NCBI GenBank assembly: GCA_019310525.1
Contig: JAFDEE010000004.1
Span: forward strand, 8,828-72,827
DNA: 64,000 nt
Reading direction: 5' to 3'
From: Deltaproteobacteria bacterium
GTDB lineage: Bacteria; Desulfobacterota; DSM-4660; Desulfatiglandales; HGW-15
Both the position numbers and the translations under genes were made by a program. The notes below the pieces were generated by a model, which worked only from the letters and a program-made list of their open reading frames with translations, had not been told where the DNA came from and did no database searches. Below are positions 54,755 to 64,000 of the stretch, piece after piece (positions within the stretch are counted from its first letter, which is position 1; each line of letters opens with the position of its first letter).

Positions 54755-55639
54755 TTGAGTTCCTATCTCATCACCATCGGGACCATCATCGCCATACAGG
54801 CCATCACGGTATGCGGCCTCAACGTGATCGTGGGGTATGCCGGTCAGATTTCCTTGGGACACGCGGCCTTTTTCGGGATCGGGGCTTACAGTGCGGCCCT
54901 TCTGTCCACCAAGGCGGGCCTGTCCTTCTGGGCCGGGCTTCCTTTCGTCGTCCTCATCAGCGGCTTCGTGGGATTGCTGCTTGGGCTCCCGAGCCTGCGG
55001 GTCCGGGAAGACTTCCTTGCCATTACCACCATCGGCATCAACTTTATCGTGGAGGCCGTTTTTCTCTATGTCCCCTTCTTCGGCGGGGCCCTCGGGATCG
55101 GGGGGATACCCCGGATCTACCTTTTCGGCCTGAAGCTCAAGGGCCTCGCCTTTTTCTCCCTCTGCCTGTTTTTCCTGGTGATCGTGCTCCTTGTCTGCTG
55201 GTGGTTCAGCCGGTCCTGGGCGGGTCTGGCCTGTTTCGCCCTCAGGGAGGAAGAATCGGCCGCCTCCAGCATGGGCATCTCACCCGTCAGATTCAAGCTC
55301 CTGGCCTTTGTCGTGGGTACGGCCATGGCCGGCGTGGGCGGCGCCCTTTATGCCCACTACATGCGCTTTATCGCCGCCACGGACTTTTCCTTCCCCGTAT
55401 CCATCTCCTTTTTGAGCATGGTGGTCCTGGGCGGCATGGGCACCCTCTGGGGGCCGCTGGTAGGGGCCCTGATCCTGGGGGCCCTGCCGGAACTCTTTCG
55501 GCCGGTTGAAAATTACAGGATCCTCTTCTATATGGTGCTTCTTCTCCTTATGATCCGCTTCCAGCCGGGCGGCATTCTGGGGGAGAGAAGCCTGTTGCGC
55601 CACAAGATCCTGCCCGCCTTGCTTGGAGGAAGATCATGA
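54755..55639 (+). CDS. livM: branched-chain amino acid-type ABC transporter permease (LivM-like)
   Basis: 294 aa; polytopic, with the YAGQISLGHAAFFGIGAY signature. Confidence 0.85.
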   Translation: MSSYLITIGTIIAIQAITVCGLNVIVGYAGQISLGHAAFFGIGAYSAALLSTKAGLSFWAGLPFVVLISGFVGLLLGLPSLRVREDFLAITTIGINFIVEAVFLYVPFFGGALGIGGIPRIYLFGLKLKGLAFFSLCLFFLVIVLLVCWWFSRSWAGLACFALREEESAASSMGISPVRFKLLAFVVGTAMAGVGGALYAHYMRFIAATDFSFPVSISFLSMVVLGGMGTLWGPLVGALILGALPELFRPVENYRILFYMVLLLLMIRFQPGGILGERSLLRHKILPALLGGRS

Positions 55640-56403
55640 GCGATGCGCTTCTGAAGGTCGAGAACCTCTCCAAGCATTTTGGAGGCCTCCGGGCCGTGGA
55701 CGAGGTGAATTTCGAGGTTCGACCACTGGAGATCCTTGGGCTCCTGGGACCCAACGGAGCGGGCAAGACCGTGTGCTTCAACCTGATTTCCGGTGTATAC
55801 CGCCCCACCTCGGGACACGTCTTTTTCGAAGGTCGGCGTATCGACGGATTCCCTCCCCACCAGATCGCCGCCCTGGGGGTGGGTCGAACCTTCCAGATCG
55901 TGAAACCTTTCACAGAGCTCACGGTCCTGGAAAATGTGCTGGTGGCCAGGGGAATCCGGCGTTATGGGGGGCTGTCCAGGATCTGGTCTTCATGGCGTTC
56001 AAGGGCGGAAAAGGCGGAGGCCATGAAAATGCTCGAACGGGTGGGATTGGCTGAGCTGGCAGAGCGGAAGGCGGGACTTCTCCCGCTGGGCAACCTCAGG
56101 AGGCTCGAAATCGCCCGGGCCCTGGTAATCGGGCACAAGCTGTTGCTTCTGGACGAATCCTTTTCCGGACTCCGCCATGAGGAAATCGAAAAACTCGAGG
56201 AACTCGTCCTGGGCATCCGGAAGGATGGGATCACCGTGCTCCTGATTGAGCACAATATGCAGGTAACCATGAAGCTTTGTGATCGAATCGTAGTCCTGGA
56301 TCACGGAAGGAAGATCGCCGAAGGGACCCCTGAACAGATTCAGCAGGACGAGCGGGTCATCGAGGCCTACCTCGGCCGGAAAGGGGATGTCCATGCTGCT
56401 TGA
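55636..56403 (+). CDS. livG: ABC transporter ATP-binding protein (LivG-like)
   Basis: 255 aa with Walker A GPNGAGKT, FGGL..V and the LLLDE Walker B. Confidence 0.9.
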   Translation: MSDALLKVENLSKHFGGLRAVDEVNFEVRPLEILGLLGPNGAGKTVCFNLISGVYRPTSGHVFFEGRRIDGFPPHQIAALGVGRTFQIVKPFTELTVLENVLVARGIRRYGGLSRIWSSWRSRAEKAEAMKMLERVGLAELAERKAGLLPLGNLRRLEIARALVIGHKLLLLDESFSGLRHEEIEKLEELVLGIRKDGITVLLIEHNMQVTMKLCDRIVVLDHGRKIAEGTPEQIQQDERVIEAYLGRKGDVHAA

Positions 56404-57103
56404 AGCACGGGACCTTCATATTTCCTACGGTGACATCCGGGCAGTGAACGGCGTGAGTTTTCACCTGGATCAGGGTGAACTGGTCTCCATCATCGGGGCC
56501 AACGGGGCCGGAAAGTCCTCGATTCTCAACGCCATCATGGGGATCGTCCCCCTGAAGGCAGGAAGTATCCGCTTCAAGGGAGAAGAGGTGTCTTCCCTTC
56601 CGGCCCATCGGCGGGCCTTTTCCGGAATCCGGATGGTCCCGGAGAGGGCCCGGGTCTTCCCCAGGCTCACGGTCTTCGAGAACCTGCTGGTGGGGGCCTA
56701 CAGGCTCAAGGGGAAGCTCCCCCTGGAGGAACGGATTTCCTGGCTCTATGAGCTTTTTCCAATCCTCGGGGAAAGAAAGAACCAGGCTGCCAGCACCCTT
56801 TCAGGCGGCGAGCAGCAGCAGTTGGCCATTGCCAGGGCCCTTGTTTCGGATCCGGAACTTCTCCTGGTGGACGAAGTCTCCATGGGGCTCATGCCCAAGC
56901 TGGTGGATCGGGTTTTCGACCTCCTCGCTCGACTGAACCGGGAGCAGAAACTGAGCATTCTTCTTGTTGAGCAGAATGCCGTGGCCTCCCTGGCCGTTTC
57001 ACATCGGGCCTATGTGCTTGAGACCGGGAGCATATCATACCAGGGAGATGCGAAGGATCTCATGGAGGATCCAGAGGTCAAGCGGGCCTACCTGGGCCGA
57101 TGA
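56387..57103 (+). CDS. livF: ABC transporter ATP-binding protein (LivF-like)
   Basis: 238 aa with Walker A GANGAGKSS, LSGGEQQQLAIARAL and LLLVDE. Confidence 0.9.
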   Translation: MSMLLEARDLHISYGDIRAVNGVSFHLDQGELVSIIGANGAGKSSILNAIMGIVPLKAGSIRFKGEEVSSLPAHRRAFSGIRMVPERARVFPRLTVFENLLVGAYRLKGKLPLEERISWLYELFPILGERKNQAASTLSGGEQQQLAIARALVSDPELLLVDEVSMGLMPKLVDRVFDLLARLNREQKLSILLVEQNAVASLAVSHRAYVLETGSISYQGDAKDLMEDPEVKRAYLGR

Positions 57104-57239
57104 ACAGGGGGCGAGGGGGGCTGCAGTCCGGTCCTTCGAGACATGGAAGGTCGACCCCTCTCACCGATGCAGGGAAATCCAAACTTTGTTCGTCCCTTTG
57201 GGACGGACGGCCATGAAGGAAGGAAAGGAGGTAAGGAAG

Positions 57240-58391
57240 ATGAAACACATGAGGTTTGTTTTCATCCTGATCGCGGTCTTCGGCCTGTTGGCGGGGAACG
57301 CCTGGGCGGCCGACACAGTAAAGATCGGCCTGCTTGCCCCGTTGACCGGCTTTGCCGCTGCCGACGGCTTGAGCGTCCACAATTCCGTCAAGCTGGCCCT
57401 GGAGCGGATCAACAAGGAAGGAGGAGTCCTGGGAAAGAAGGTCGAACTGGTGGTATACGACGACAGAGCCGATGGAAAGGAGGCCGTGGCCTTGGCCCGC
57501 AAACTCATCCAGCAGGACCGCATCGTCGGGCTGGTTGCGGGTTCCTACAGCACCCCCACCCGGGCCGTCGCACCCATATTCCAGGATGAGGAGATTCCCC
57601 TGGTATCCGCTTACGCAGTCCATCCCGATATCACCCGGGCGGGCGATTACTGCTTCCGGAACGGGTTCCTGGGGATGGTGGAAGGCAAATCCGCAGGGTA
57701 TGTCTCCGAAAAACTGCTTCATGCCAAACGGGTGGCGCTTTTGACCAGCGACAATGACTTTGGAAGGACCCTGGCGGAGGGATTCAAGACCTATGTGAAA
57801 ACCAAGGCCAAGGGGATGAAGATCGTTTCGGCCCAGACCTATCCATTCAAGGAGAAGGACTTCAAGCCCTATCTTTCCAAGATCAAGGAATTGAATCCCG
57901 ACCTGATTTTTGCAAGCGGTTACTATTTTCAGACAGGTCCCATTGTAAAGCAGGCCCGGGAAATGGGAATGAAGACCCGAATCCTTGGAGAGGAGGGCGC
58001 GGATTCTCCTAAGTTTATCGAGATCGCGGGAAAGGCCGCCGAAGGTTTCGTCATCGTGACCAACCTCAACCGCGACGATCCCCGACCCGAGGTCCAGGCC
58101 TTTTTGAAGGAATACGAAAAACGATACGGTATCCAACCTGACATGGTGGGGGCATCCGCCTATGATGCCTTTATGATCATTTGCGATGCCATCAAGCGGG
58201 CGGGAAGCCTCAAGGGCCGGGATATCCGCAAGGCCATTGCTGAAACCAAGGATTTCAACGGCCTTACCGGCGTGCTCAAAGGATTCACGGACATCGGCGA
58301 GGTGGTGAAGGAAGTCCAGGTGCAGATCGTTAAGGACGGCCGGTTCCACCATTTCGGCGTGGTTAAGGACCTGGGACTCATCACTCCTTAA
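57240..58391 (+). CDS. periplasmic amino-acid-binding protein of the Liv ABC system (LivK/LivJ-like)
   Basis: The start was set at ATG 57240 (MKHMRFVFILIAVFGLLAGNAWA, signal peptide). Type I periplasmic binding fold pattern (VKIGLLAPLTG..). Confidence 0.85.
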   Translation: MKHMRFVFILIAVFGLLAGNAWAADTVKIGLLAPLTGFAAADGLSVHNSVKLALERINKEGGVLGKKVELVVYDDRADGKEAVALARKLIQQDRIVGLVAGSYSTPTRAVAPIFQDEEIPLVSAYAVHPDITRAGDYCFRNGFLGMVEGKSAGYVSEKLLHAKRVALLTSDNDFGRTLAEGFKTYVKTKAKGMKIVSAQTYPFKEKDFKPYLSKIKELNPDLIFASGYYFQTGPIVKQAREMGMKTRILGEEGADSPKFIEIAGKAAEGFVIVTNLNRDDPRPEVQAFLKEYEKRYGIQPDMVGASAYDAFMIICDAIKRAGSLKGRDIRKAIAETKDFNGLTGVLKGFTDIGEVVKEVQVQIVKDGRFHHFGVVKDLGLITP

Positions 58392-58420
58392 CGGGACTCA
58401 TCCCTCCGGATACTTTCCAA

Positions 58421-58460
58421 ACCCCCCGGCCCGAAAACCCCAAGGGCCGGGGGGTTTTAT
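58421..58460 (+). terminator. rho-independent terminator (CCCCCCGGCCC-loop-GGGCCGGGGGG-TTTTATT)
   Basis: 11-bp GC stem plus a T-run between the convergent liv operon and the ABC exporter genes. Confidence 0.6.
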
Positions 58461-58540
58461 TGTCGTGCGCCCGGCATGGGCGCACTCCTGCGGGTTTTGG
58501 TCCCTTGTCTCTCCTGATTCTGGGCCGAAAGTGGAAACGG

Positions 58541-60658
58541 TTAGACCAGCCGGTACCTGCTGAGTTTGTAATAGAGCCCCCGGAGGGCCATCAATTCTTC
58601 GTGGGTCCCCTGTTCCTTGATTTGTCCCCGGTGCATGACCAGGATGCGGTCGGCATTCCGGATGGTGGACAGCCTGTGGGCGACCACCAGGGTGGTGCGC
58701 TCCCGGGTCATCCGGGAAATGGCCTCTTGGATGAGCCGCTCGGTCTCGGGATCGACGCTGGAGGTGGCTTCATCCAGGATGAGGATCCCTGGCGAGCGGG
58801 CCAGGGCCCGGGCAAAGGAGAGCAACTGTCGTTCCCCTGCCGAGAGATTGGAGCCCCGCTCTCCCATTTCCTGCTGGAGACCCCCGGGAAGCCTGCGGAT
58901 GAACCGATCGGCGTTGGCGTCCCGTATGGCACGGTTGATGTCCTCAGGGGAGATGGATTTGCTGCCCAGGGAAATATTCTCTTCGAGGCTCCCTGAGAAG
59001 ATGAAGACGTCCTGAAGCACGAGCCCCAATCGGGATCTCAGCTCGACCTTGGACCATTCTCTGAGATCCTGGCCGTCCAGGAGCACTTGTCCGGCCCCTG
59101 GATCGTAAAATCGTTCTATGAGATTGACCACGGTGGTTTTGCCGGCACCCGTGGCTCCCACGAGGGCGACCATTTCTCCCGGCTTGATCTCGAAGGAAAT
59201 ATCTTTAAGGACGGGCCGCCCGTCCCGATAAGCAAAAGAAACGGATCGGAACTCGATGTGTCCCTTGAACTTTCCGGGTCTTCGAGGATGCACAGGATCT
59301 GGGATCTCCTCCCGGTGGTCCATGAATTCCATGATCCGTTCCGTGGAAGCCATGGCGGATTGCATGATATTGTACTTCTCCGAGATGTCCCTGATGGGTT
59401 TGAAGAACATCTGGATATAACTGATGAAGGCCACAAGGGATCCCAGGGTCAGCTCTTCCGCAATCACCTTTCCTCCCCCCCGCCAGATGATGAGGGCCAC
59501 CGCGAGGGCCGAGAAGAGTTCCATCACAGGCATGAAGACCGCAAATATCCTGATCTGCTTCATGCCTGCCAGAAAGTTTTCGTGGTTAATGCGGGTGAAG
59601 GCCTCCATCTGGTTCTCCTCCCGGGTGAAGAGCTGGATGATCCGCATCCCGGAGATCCTCTCTTGCAGAAAGGCGTTGATCTTTGCCACGGCGGCCCTCA
59701 ACTCTCTGAAGGCCTCGCGGGCGAGGGAACTGAAAAGAAGGGTGATTCCGAACAGGAAGGGAATCAGGAGAAAGCAGAGCAGGGCCAGGCGCCAGTTGAG
59801 GTAGAGCAATACGGCCAGGATGCCCGTGAGGATCAGGATATCCTTGAAAACGGTGATCGCCACGGATTTGAACATCTCGTTGAGGTTTTCGATATCATTG
59901 GTGACCCGGGTCACCAGCCGCCCCACGGGGTGGCGGTCAAAAAAGGTCAGGGCCTGGGATTGTATTCGATCGAAGAGTTCGATGCGGATATCCTGCATGA
60001 TTCGTTGCACCGTTCTCTCGAGGAGGTAATACTCCCCGTACCCCAGGCCGAAGGACAACGCAAGAAACACTATCAGGATCAGGCTTACCTGGAGCACCCC
60101 CCGAAGGTCCTCTTTCCTCACCTTCATGCGCTCGGCCGGGAGGAGTTCCTTTAACATGTCCCTGGGCACGGCGAAGCTGCCGTCTTCCAATGCCCGGGCG
60201 GCCAGGCGTATCTTTGCGGATGAGATTTCACCGAAGGATTCGGCCGGGATCTTGTAATAGGGCCGTTGGGAGATCAGGCCCATTGAGCGGTACCGTTGGA
60301 GCAGGGCGGGATCCATTTTCTTGAGATCGGTTTGAGGAACGAGTCCCCAGGTTCCGTCCGGGCTTTTTGTGATCATTCGGTCATGCCTTGTAAAAAAGTC
60401 CCGGAGGGGTTTTTCACCTTTGAGTTTCCCGGTTTCCACCCGGTAGTACGCGGCGAGGATATAGTGATCGATGGCGATCTTGGACAAGTATGGAATCGCC
60501 AGGTCCAGGAGGGTGAGCAGGATCGCCATGAGCAGGGCGAGGGCCATGACCCCCTTGTAAGGGAAGGCATACCGGGCCAGCCGCCTGAGGAGCTTGACAT
60601 CGTATGGTTTCCCCAGCCGATTCTCCTCCATATAACCGTAATCTCCGTGCATCGCCAT
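58541..60658 (-). CDS. ABC exporter (type IV fold, fused TMD-NBD) with a ~125-aa insertion between TM1 and TM2
   Basis: 705 aa with Walker A GATGAGKTT, LSAGERQLLSFARAL and ILILDEATS. TM1 ends near aa 58 and TM2 begins near aa 188. Confidence 0.85.
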   Translation of the reverse strand: MAMHGDYGYMEENRLGKPYDVKLLRRLARYAFPYKGVMALALLMAILLTLLDLAIPYLSKIAIDHYILAAYYRVETGKLKGEKPLRDFFTRHDRMITKSPDGTWGLVPQTDLKKMDPALLQRYRSMGLISQRPYYKIPAESFGEISSAKIRLAARALEDGSFAVPRDMLKELLPAERMKVRKEDLRGVLQVSLILIVFLALSFGLGYGEYYLLERTVQRIMQDIRIELFDRIQSQALTFFDRHPVGRLVTRVTNDIENLNEMFKSVAITVFKDILILTGILAVLLYLNWRLALLCFLLIPFLFGITLLFSSLAREAFRELRAAVAKINAFLQERISGMRIIQLFTREENQMEAFTRINHENFLAGMKQIRIFAVFMPVMELFSALAVALIIWRGGGKVIAEELTLGSLVAFISYIQMFFKPIRDISEKYNIMQSAMASTERIMEFMDHREEIPDPVHPRRPGKFKGHIEFRSVSFAYRDGRPVLKDISFEIKPGEMVALVGATGAGKTTVVNLIERFYDPGAGQVLLDGQDLREWSKVELRSRLGLVLQDVFIFSGSLEENISLGSKSISPEDINRAIRDANADRFIRRLPGGLQQEMGERGSNLSAGERQLLSFARALARSPGILILDEATSSVDPETERLIQEAISRMTRERTTLVVAHRLSTIRNADRILVMHRGQIKEQGTHEELMALRGLYYKLSRYRLV

Positions 60659-60681
60659 CGGCTGTTCCGATCCCCCTTCCT

Positions 60682-62463
60682 TTATTCCTCCAGTTCCCTG
60701 GCCAATTGCTGTCTTTCGTAAAGCCGGGCGTATTCCTCGCCCCGGCGCAAGAGGGTCTCGTGATCCCCCTCCTCGATGATCCTGCCTTGATGAAAAACCA
60801 CGATCCTGTCCGCGCGGCCGATGGTGGAAAGCCTGTGGGATACGAGGAGGGTGGTCTTGCCCTTCCTTTTTCCGAGGATCTCGGAAAGGATCCTCTCCTC
60901 CGTACGGGTGTCCACCATGGAGAGGGCATCATCCAGGATCAGGATGGGAGGATCCCCCAGGACCGCCCGGGCAATGGTCAGCCTTTGTTTTTGTCCTCCC
61001 GAAAGAGTGATCCCCCTTTCTCCCAGGAGCGTGTCCAGGCCCTGCTCCAGGGCCTGGAATTCTTCCAGGACCTGGGCCGTCCGAAGGGCGGATTCCAGTT
61101 CCCGGTCCGAAACGCCCTTTCGCCCGAAAAGGACATTATTCCGGACGGTATCGGAAAATACAAAGGCCTCCTGGGTCGCGAAGCCGATACTTCCCCTCAG
61201 AACCTTTAAGGGAATATCGCGGATGTCTTTTCCGTCGAGAAAAAGGGTCCCGGGGGGGACGTCGTAAAGGCGCGCGAGAAGGTGGAACAGGGTCGTTTTG
61301 CCCGAGCCCACCCTGCCGACCATTGCGATCGTCCGGCCTGCCGGGATCATCAGGTGGATCTCTCGAAGGGCGTCTTCCTTCTGGCCCGGGTAGCGAAAAG
61401 AGAGTCCCCTGAACTCGATTTGTCCCTTAATGGCGCCGGACTTTCGAATGGCTCCGATGTCCCGGATTTCCGGCTCCTCGTTCAGGATCCCGTTGATCCT
61501 CCGCATGGAGGCCGATCCCCTCTGGAGGAGGTTGGCAACCCATCCCAGGGCCATCATGGGCCAGGTGAGGAGGTTGAGGTAGCTGATGAAGGCCACGAAA
61601 TCCCCGGTGCTGATGCGCCCCAGGATGGTGAGGCCTCCCCCCAGACCGATGACTATGGCCAGCCCCAGGTTGGTGAAGATCATCATCATGGGGAAGAACA
61701 GGGCATAAGTCCGGGCCAGTTTCATGTTCTCGGAGACGTATCGATCGCCTGTTTCCCGAATTTTCCGGTACTGCCATTTTTCCCTGGAATAGGCCTTGAT
61801 TACCCGAATGCCGGAAAAGGCCTCCCGCACCCCTTCCGTGAGATCCCCGAAGGTCTTTTGGACCCTTTCGAATCCGGTGGACATCCTTCGGGTCAAGCCC
61901 CTGGTGACAAGGATGATCACCGGGGCCGGGATGAGGGAAATGAGGGTGAGAAGCGGGCTGATATGGAGCATAAACCCGATGGCCGCCATCCCCAGGACCA
62001 GCCCGTCCGTCAGGGCCACCAGGCCCATTCCCGTGGCCATCCTCACGGCATTGATGTCATTGATGGCCCGGGCCATGACATCTCCCGTCTTGGTCCTCTG
62101 GTAAAAGGATTGAGAGAGGGTAAGAAGATGGGAAAACAGGGTGTTTCGCAACCCCTCTTCGATCCTCCGGGACAGCCCGATGAGAAGGTATCGCCACAGG
62201 TAGCGCAGGAAGGCCATCAAAAGGGCGATCACCGCGATCATCCCCCCGAAATGGAGAAGGAGCCGGGTGGAGGCGGTGCCGGCCGTGAGGGTGTCAATGG
62301 CCTTCTTGATGACCAAAGGGATCAGGAGTTGGAGGAAGTCCACCGCCACCAGACTGGCGAGGCCCAGGATCAGGGCCCCCCGGTTTTCCGAGAAGTAGGG
62401 CTTGAGAGGCAGGAAGTTGTGAAGGATCTTCCTTATGGCCATGGGACGGCGTTTCCTGTTCAT
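60682..62463 (-). CDS. ABC exporter (fused TMD-NBD), likely heterodimer partner
   Basis: 593 aa with Walker A GRVGSGKTT, LSGGQKQRLTIARAV and ILILDDALS. Confidence 0.88.
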   Translation of the reverse strand: MNRKRRPMAIRKILHNFLPLKPYFSENRGALILGLASLVAVDFLQLLIPLVIKKAIDTLTAGTASTRLLLHFGGMIAVIALLMAFLRYLWRYLLIGLSRRIEEGLRNTLFSHLLTLSQSFYQRTKTGDVMARAINDINAVRMATGMGLVALTDGLVLGMAAIGFMLHISPLLTLISLIPAPVIILVTRGLTRRMSTGFERVQKTFGDLTEGVREAFSGIRVIKAYSREKWQYRKIRETGDRYVSENMKLARTYALFFPMMMIFTNLGLAIVIGLGGGLTILGRISTGDFVAFISYLNLLTWPMMALGWVANLLQRGSASMRRINGILNEEPEIRDIGAIRKSGAIKGQIEFRGLSFRYPGQKEDALREIHLMIPAGRTIAMVGRVGSGKTTLFHLLARLYDVPPGTLFLDGKDIRDIPLKVLRGSIGFATQEAFVFSDTVRNNVLFGRKGVSDRELESALRTAQVLEEFQALEQGLDTLLGERGITLSGGQKQRLTIARAVLGDPPILILDDALSMVDTRTEERILSEILGKRKGKTTLLVSHRLSTIGRADRIVVFHQGRIIEEGDHETLLRRGEEYARLYERQQLARELEE

Positions 62464-62527
62464 GAAAAAAGAGATACTGGAGGCCGGCTGGGCCTGTCAA
62501 CAATTCGTTATTGGCTTTTAACTAGTG

Positions 62528-62626
62528 CCCATCCATAAATGGCCAATTTTTGCAATCCTCCGCCTCTCTCACGGCTACGGCGTGACAAGCCCGCCAAACA
62601 ACCGGCGGACAAGCGGCGTCAGGCTC
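62528..62626. repeat. mosaic intergenic repeat sharing modules with the 12.3 kb hairpin and the 48.36 kb MITE insert
   Basis: CCCATCCATAAATGGCC matches 12306-12321. GGCTACGGCGTGACAAGCCCGCC... is the reverse complement of 48375-48400 with few mismatches. Confidence 0.45.
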
Positions 62627-62633
62627 AAAGCGG

Positions 62634-63800
62634 TCAGGACCTTCTCTTTGGCGGAACTTTCCGGACTGCAGCCAGGGAAATCAGACACATAAAGGCCCCA
62701 GCAAAGAAAGGGATCCGGTAATCGATCATCCAGAGGAGCCCTCCAAGGGCGGGAAGAACCACTGCGGCTATGTGGTTTATGGTGAATCCGACGGCCATGC
62801 TGGGTGCTATGTCTCTGGGATCCGCGACTTTCTGGAAATAGGTTCGAATGGCCATGGAAAAATTGAAAAAAACATGGTCAAGCACGTACAGTAAGGCCAG
62901 GAGGAGCCGCGAATGAACCGTGGCGTAGGCCAGAAAAATAAGGACAAGAGCCCCGTACTCAAGGGTGAGAATGCGTCTTTCGCCGAACCGGAGGATTGAT
63001 TTTCCGATTATGGGACTGAGGAAGTAGTTCACACAGTTGTTCAACACGAAAAGGGCCGTTATTTCCTGGATCTGAAAATGAAACCGCTTGACCATTAGAA
63101 ATACCGCGAAGGCCATGAAGATCTGCCGTCTGGCGCCCGCCATAAAGGTCAGAAAATAGAAAAGCCAGTATTTTTTGCGGATCACCATGGACCTTCTCTG
63201 GGGCACGATGTCCCGGCTCGAAGGATCACGGAATGACCCCCAGATGCCCGCAAGGGCGACAAGGCCGCCGATGAGCAGATAACATTGGGTATAATTCAAT
63301 ATGAAAGAAGCCAGGTAGATGAGGATCCCCACCCCGATACTTGATGCCGCCGCAAGGCTTCGCAGGCGGCCGAAAACCAGGGGAGACTGAGTGTTATCGA
63401 AATATTGAAGGGTCAGGGACTGGTTGGTGGTCTCGAAGTAGTGGAACCCGAAGCTCATCACAAGGGTGGTGAAAATAAGGCCTCCGAATGATGGAAGGAA
63501 TCCGGTACCGGCCAATCCCAGGCCCATGATCATAATGCTCAGGGTCGAGAGGCGGTGTTCCCGGATCACCATCATGGCGAAGATGGCAAAAAGGGCGAGG
63601 AATCCAGGGATCTCCCGAATCGACTGGATTATACCTATGTGTTGTCCATCGAGGTTTACGGCTTCCACCGCGAAGTTGTTGAAAAGGGTGAGCCACGCCT
63701 GAAGCCCAGCCGTTGATGCGATGGTCAGGACGACAAGGAAGCGGTACATGGGGTTTTGCTTTAGGTCCATCATGCCCTTCTGTAATATATTCGGATTCAC
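62634..63800 (-). CDS. MFS transporter
   Basis: 388 aa with about 12 predicted TM helices and a basic loop between TM6 and TM7. Confidence 0.85.
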   Translation of the reverse strand: MNPNILQKGMMDLKQNPMYRFLVVLTIASTAGLQAWLTLFNNFAVEAVNLDGQHIGIIQSIREIPGFLALFAIFAMMVIREHRLSTLSIMIMGLGLAGTGFLPSFGGLIFTTLVMSFGFHYFETTNQSLTLQYFDNTQSPLVFGRLRSLAAASSIGVGILIYLASFILNYTQCYLLIGGLVALAGIWGSFRDPSSRDIVPQRRSMVIRKKYWLFYFLTFMAGARRQIFMAFAVFLMVKRFHFQIQEITALFVLNNCVNYFLSPIIGKSILRFGERRILTLEYGALVLIFLAYATVHSRLLLALLYVLDHVFFNFSMAIRTYFQKVADPRDIAPSMAVGFTINHIAAVVLPALGGLLWMIDYRIPFFAGAFMCLISLAAVRKVPPKRRS

Positions 63801-64000
63801 TCTTCAGGAAGGAAGAAAGCGAATGGAGGTCCTCGAAGGTGCCAAAGGGAGGCGGAATCAAGGGCCGCCAGAGGGGCATTATGAACGATTTTAATTATAT
63901 GTCAAACATGACCATTCAAACCTACCCTGATCCGTTGATACTCCGCAGGCGGTGTCCTGATGGCTGCAGTTATATCCAAGACCGGACACTAGATTAGGAC

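Noticed and set aside
57078-58352. 424-aa ORF antisense to the Liv binding-protein gene. The same pattern holds for 945..1913, 20154..21134, 46180..47082, 49612..50397 and 61282..62538.
   Set aside because: The same antisense-shadow reasoning applies. Each overlaps a gene with strong family motifs on the other strand.
1-64000. Defence system, prophage, integron, conjugative element or toxin island
   Set aside because: No integrase, transposase, phage structural, restriction-modification, Cas, or other recognisable defence gene was found on either strand. The only mobile DNA seen is non-autonomous (MITE/REP-like).

Overview
About 57-58% GC chromosomal DNA, most consistent with a sulfate-reducing or syntrophic deltaproteobacterium (Thermodesulfobacteriota). 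This rests on dsrMKJOP, a tetraheme cytochrome c3 and nifSU-type Fe-S assembly. Coding density is high; about 55 genes can be supported. Left to right: ispH (partial) and dus; a cysK-cysE-nifS-nifU operon; an aminotransferase and a DUF89 gene; a yibQ-DUF3786-hypothetical-wbqC operon; and glycerate 2-kinase. Next comes a 9.5 kb single-strand mannose/glycoside operon: manC, two GH130 genes, a GT4-cupin fusion, PMM, a GT4, and a GT4 fused to a large helical domain. A small stress/second-messenger block follows (RelA/SpoT-type synthetase, long Hsp20, stand-alone DAC domain). After it sits a GT / MpgP-type phosphatase / GT triad typical of glycosyl-glycerate compatible-solute synthesis. Then come ruvCAB, yebC and rlmE; dsrT-like plus dsrMKJOP, a ferredoxin and cytochrome c3; an orphan EF-G paralogue; and an EndoIII-like gene. 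The right end holds a cytoplasmic Mo/W-bisPGD oxidoreductase with a mini-ferredoxin, hutU-ftcD(N)-hutI-ftcD(C), a liv-type ABC importer, a heterodimeric ABC exporter and an MFS transporter. No rRNA, tRNA, CRISPR array, prophage or recognisable defence system was seen. The most unusual content is the fused-domain mannoside/glycosyl-glycerate gene set with embedded nucleotide-messenger enzymes. A MITE family with 17-bp terminal inverted repeats is also notable; one nested copy carries a perfect 5-bp target-site duplication. All functions come from reading motifs by eye; no database search was run.
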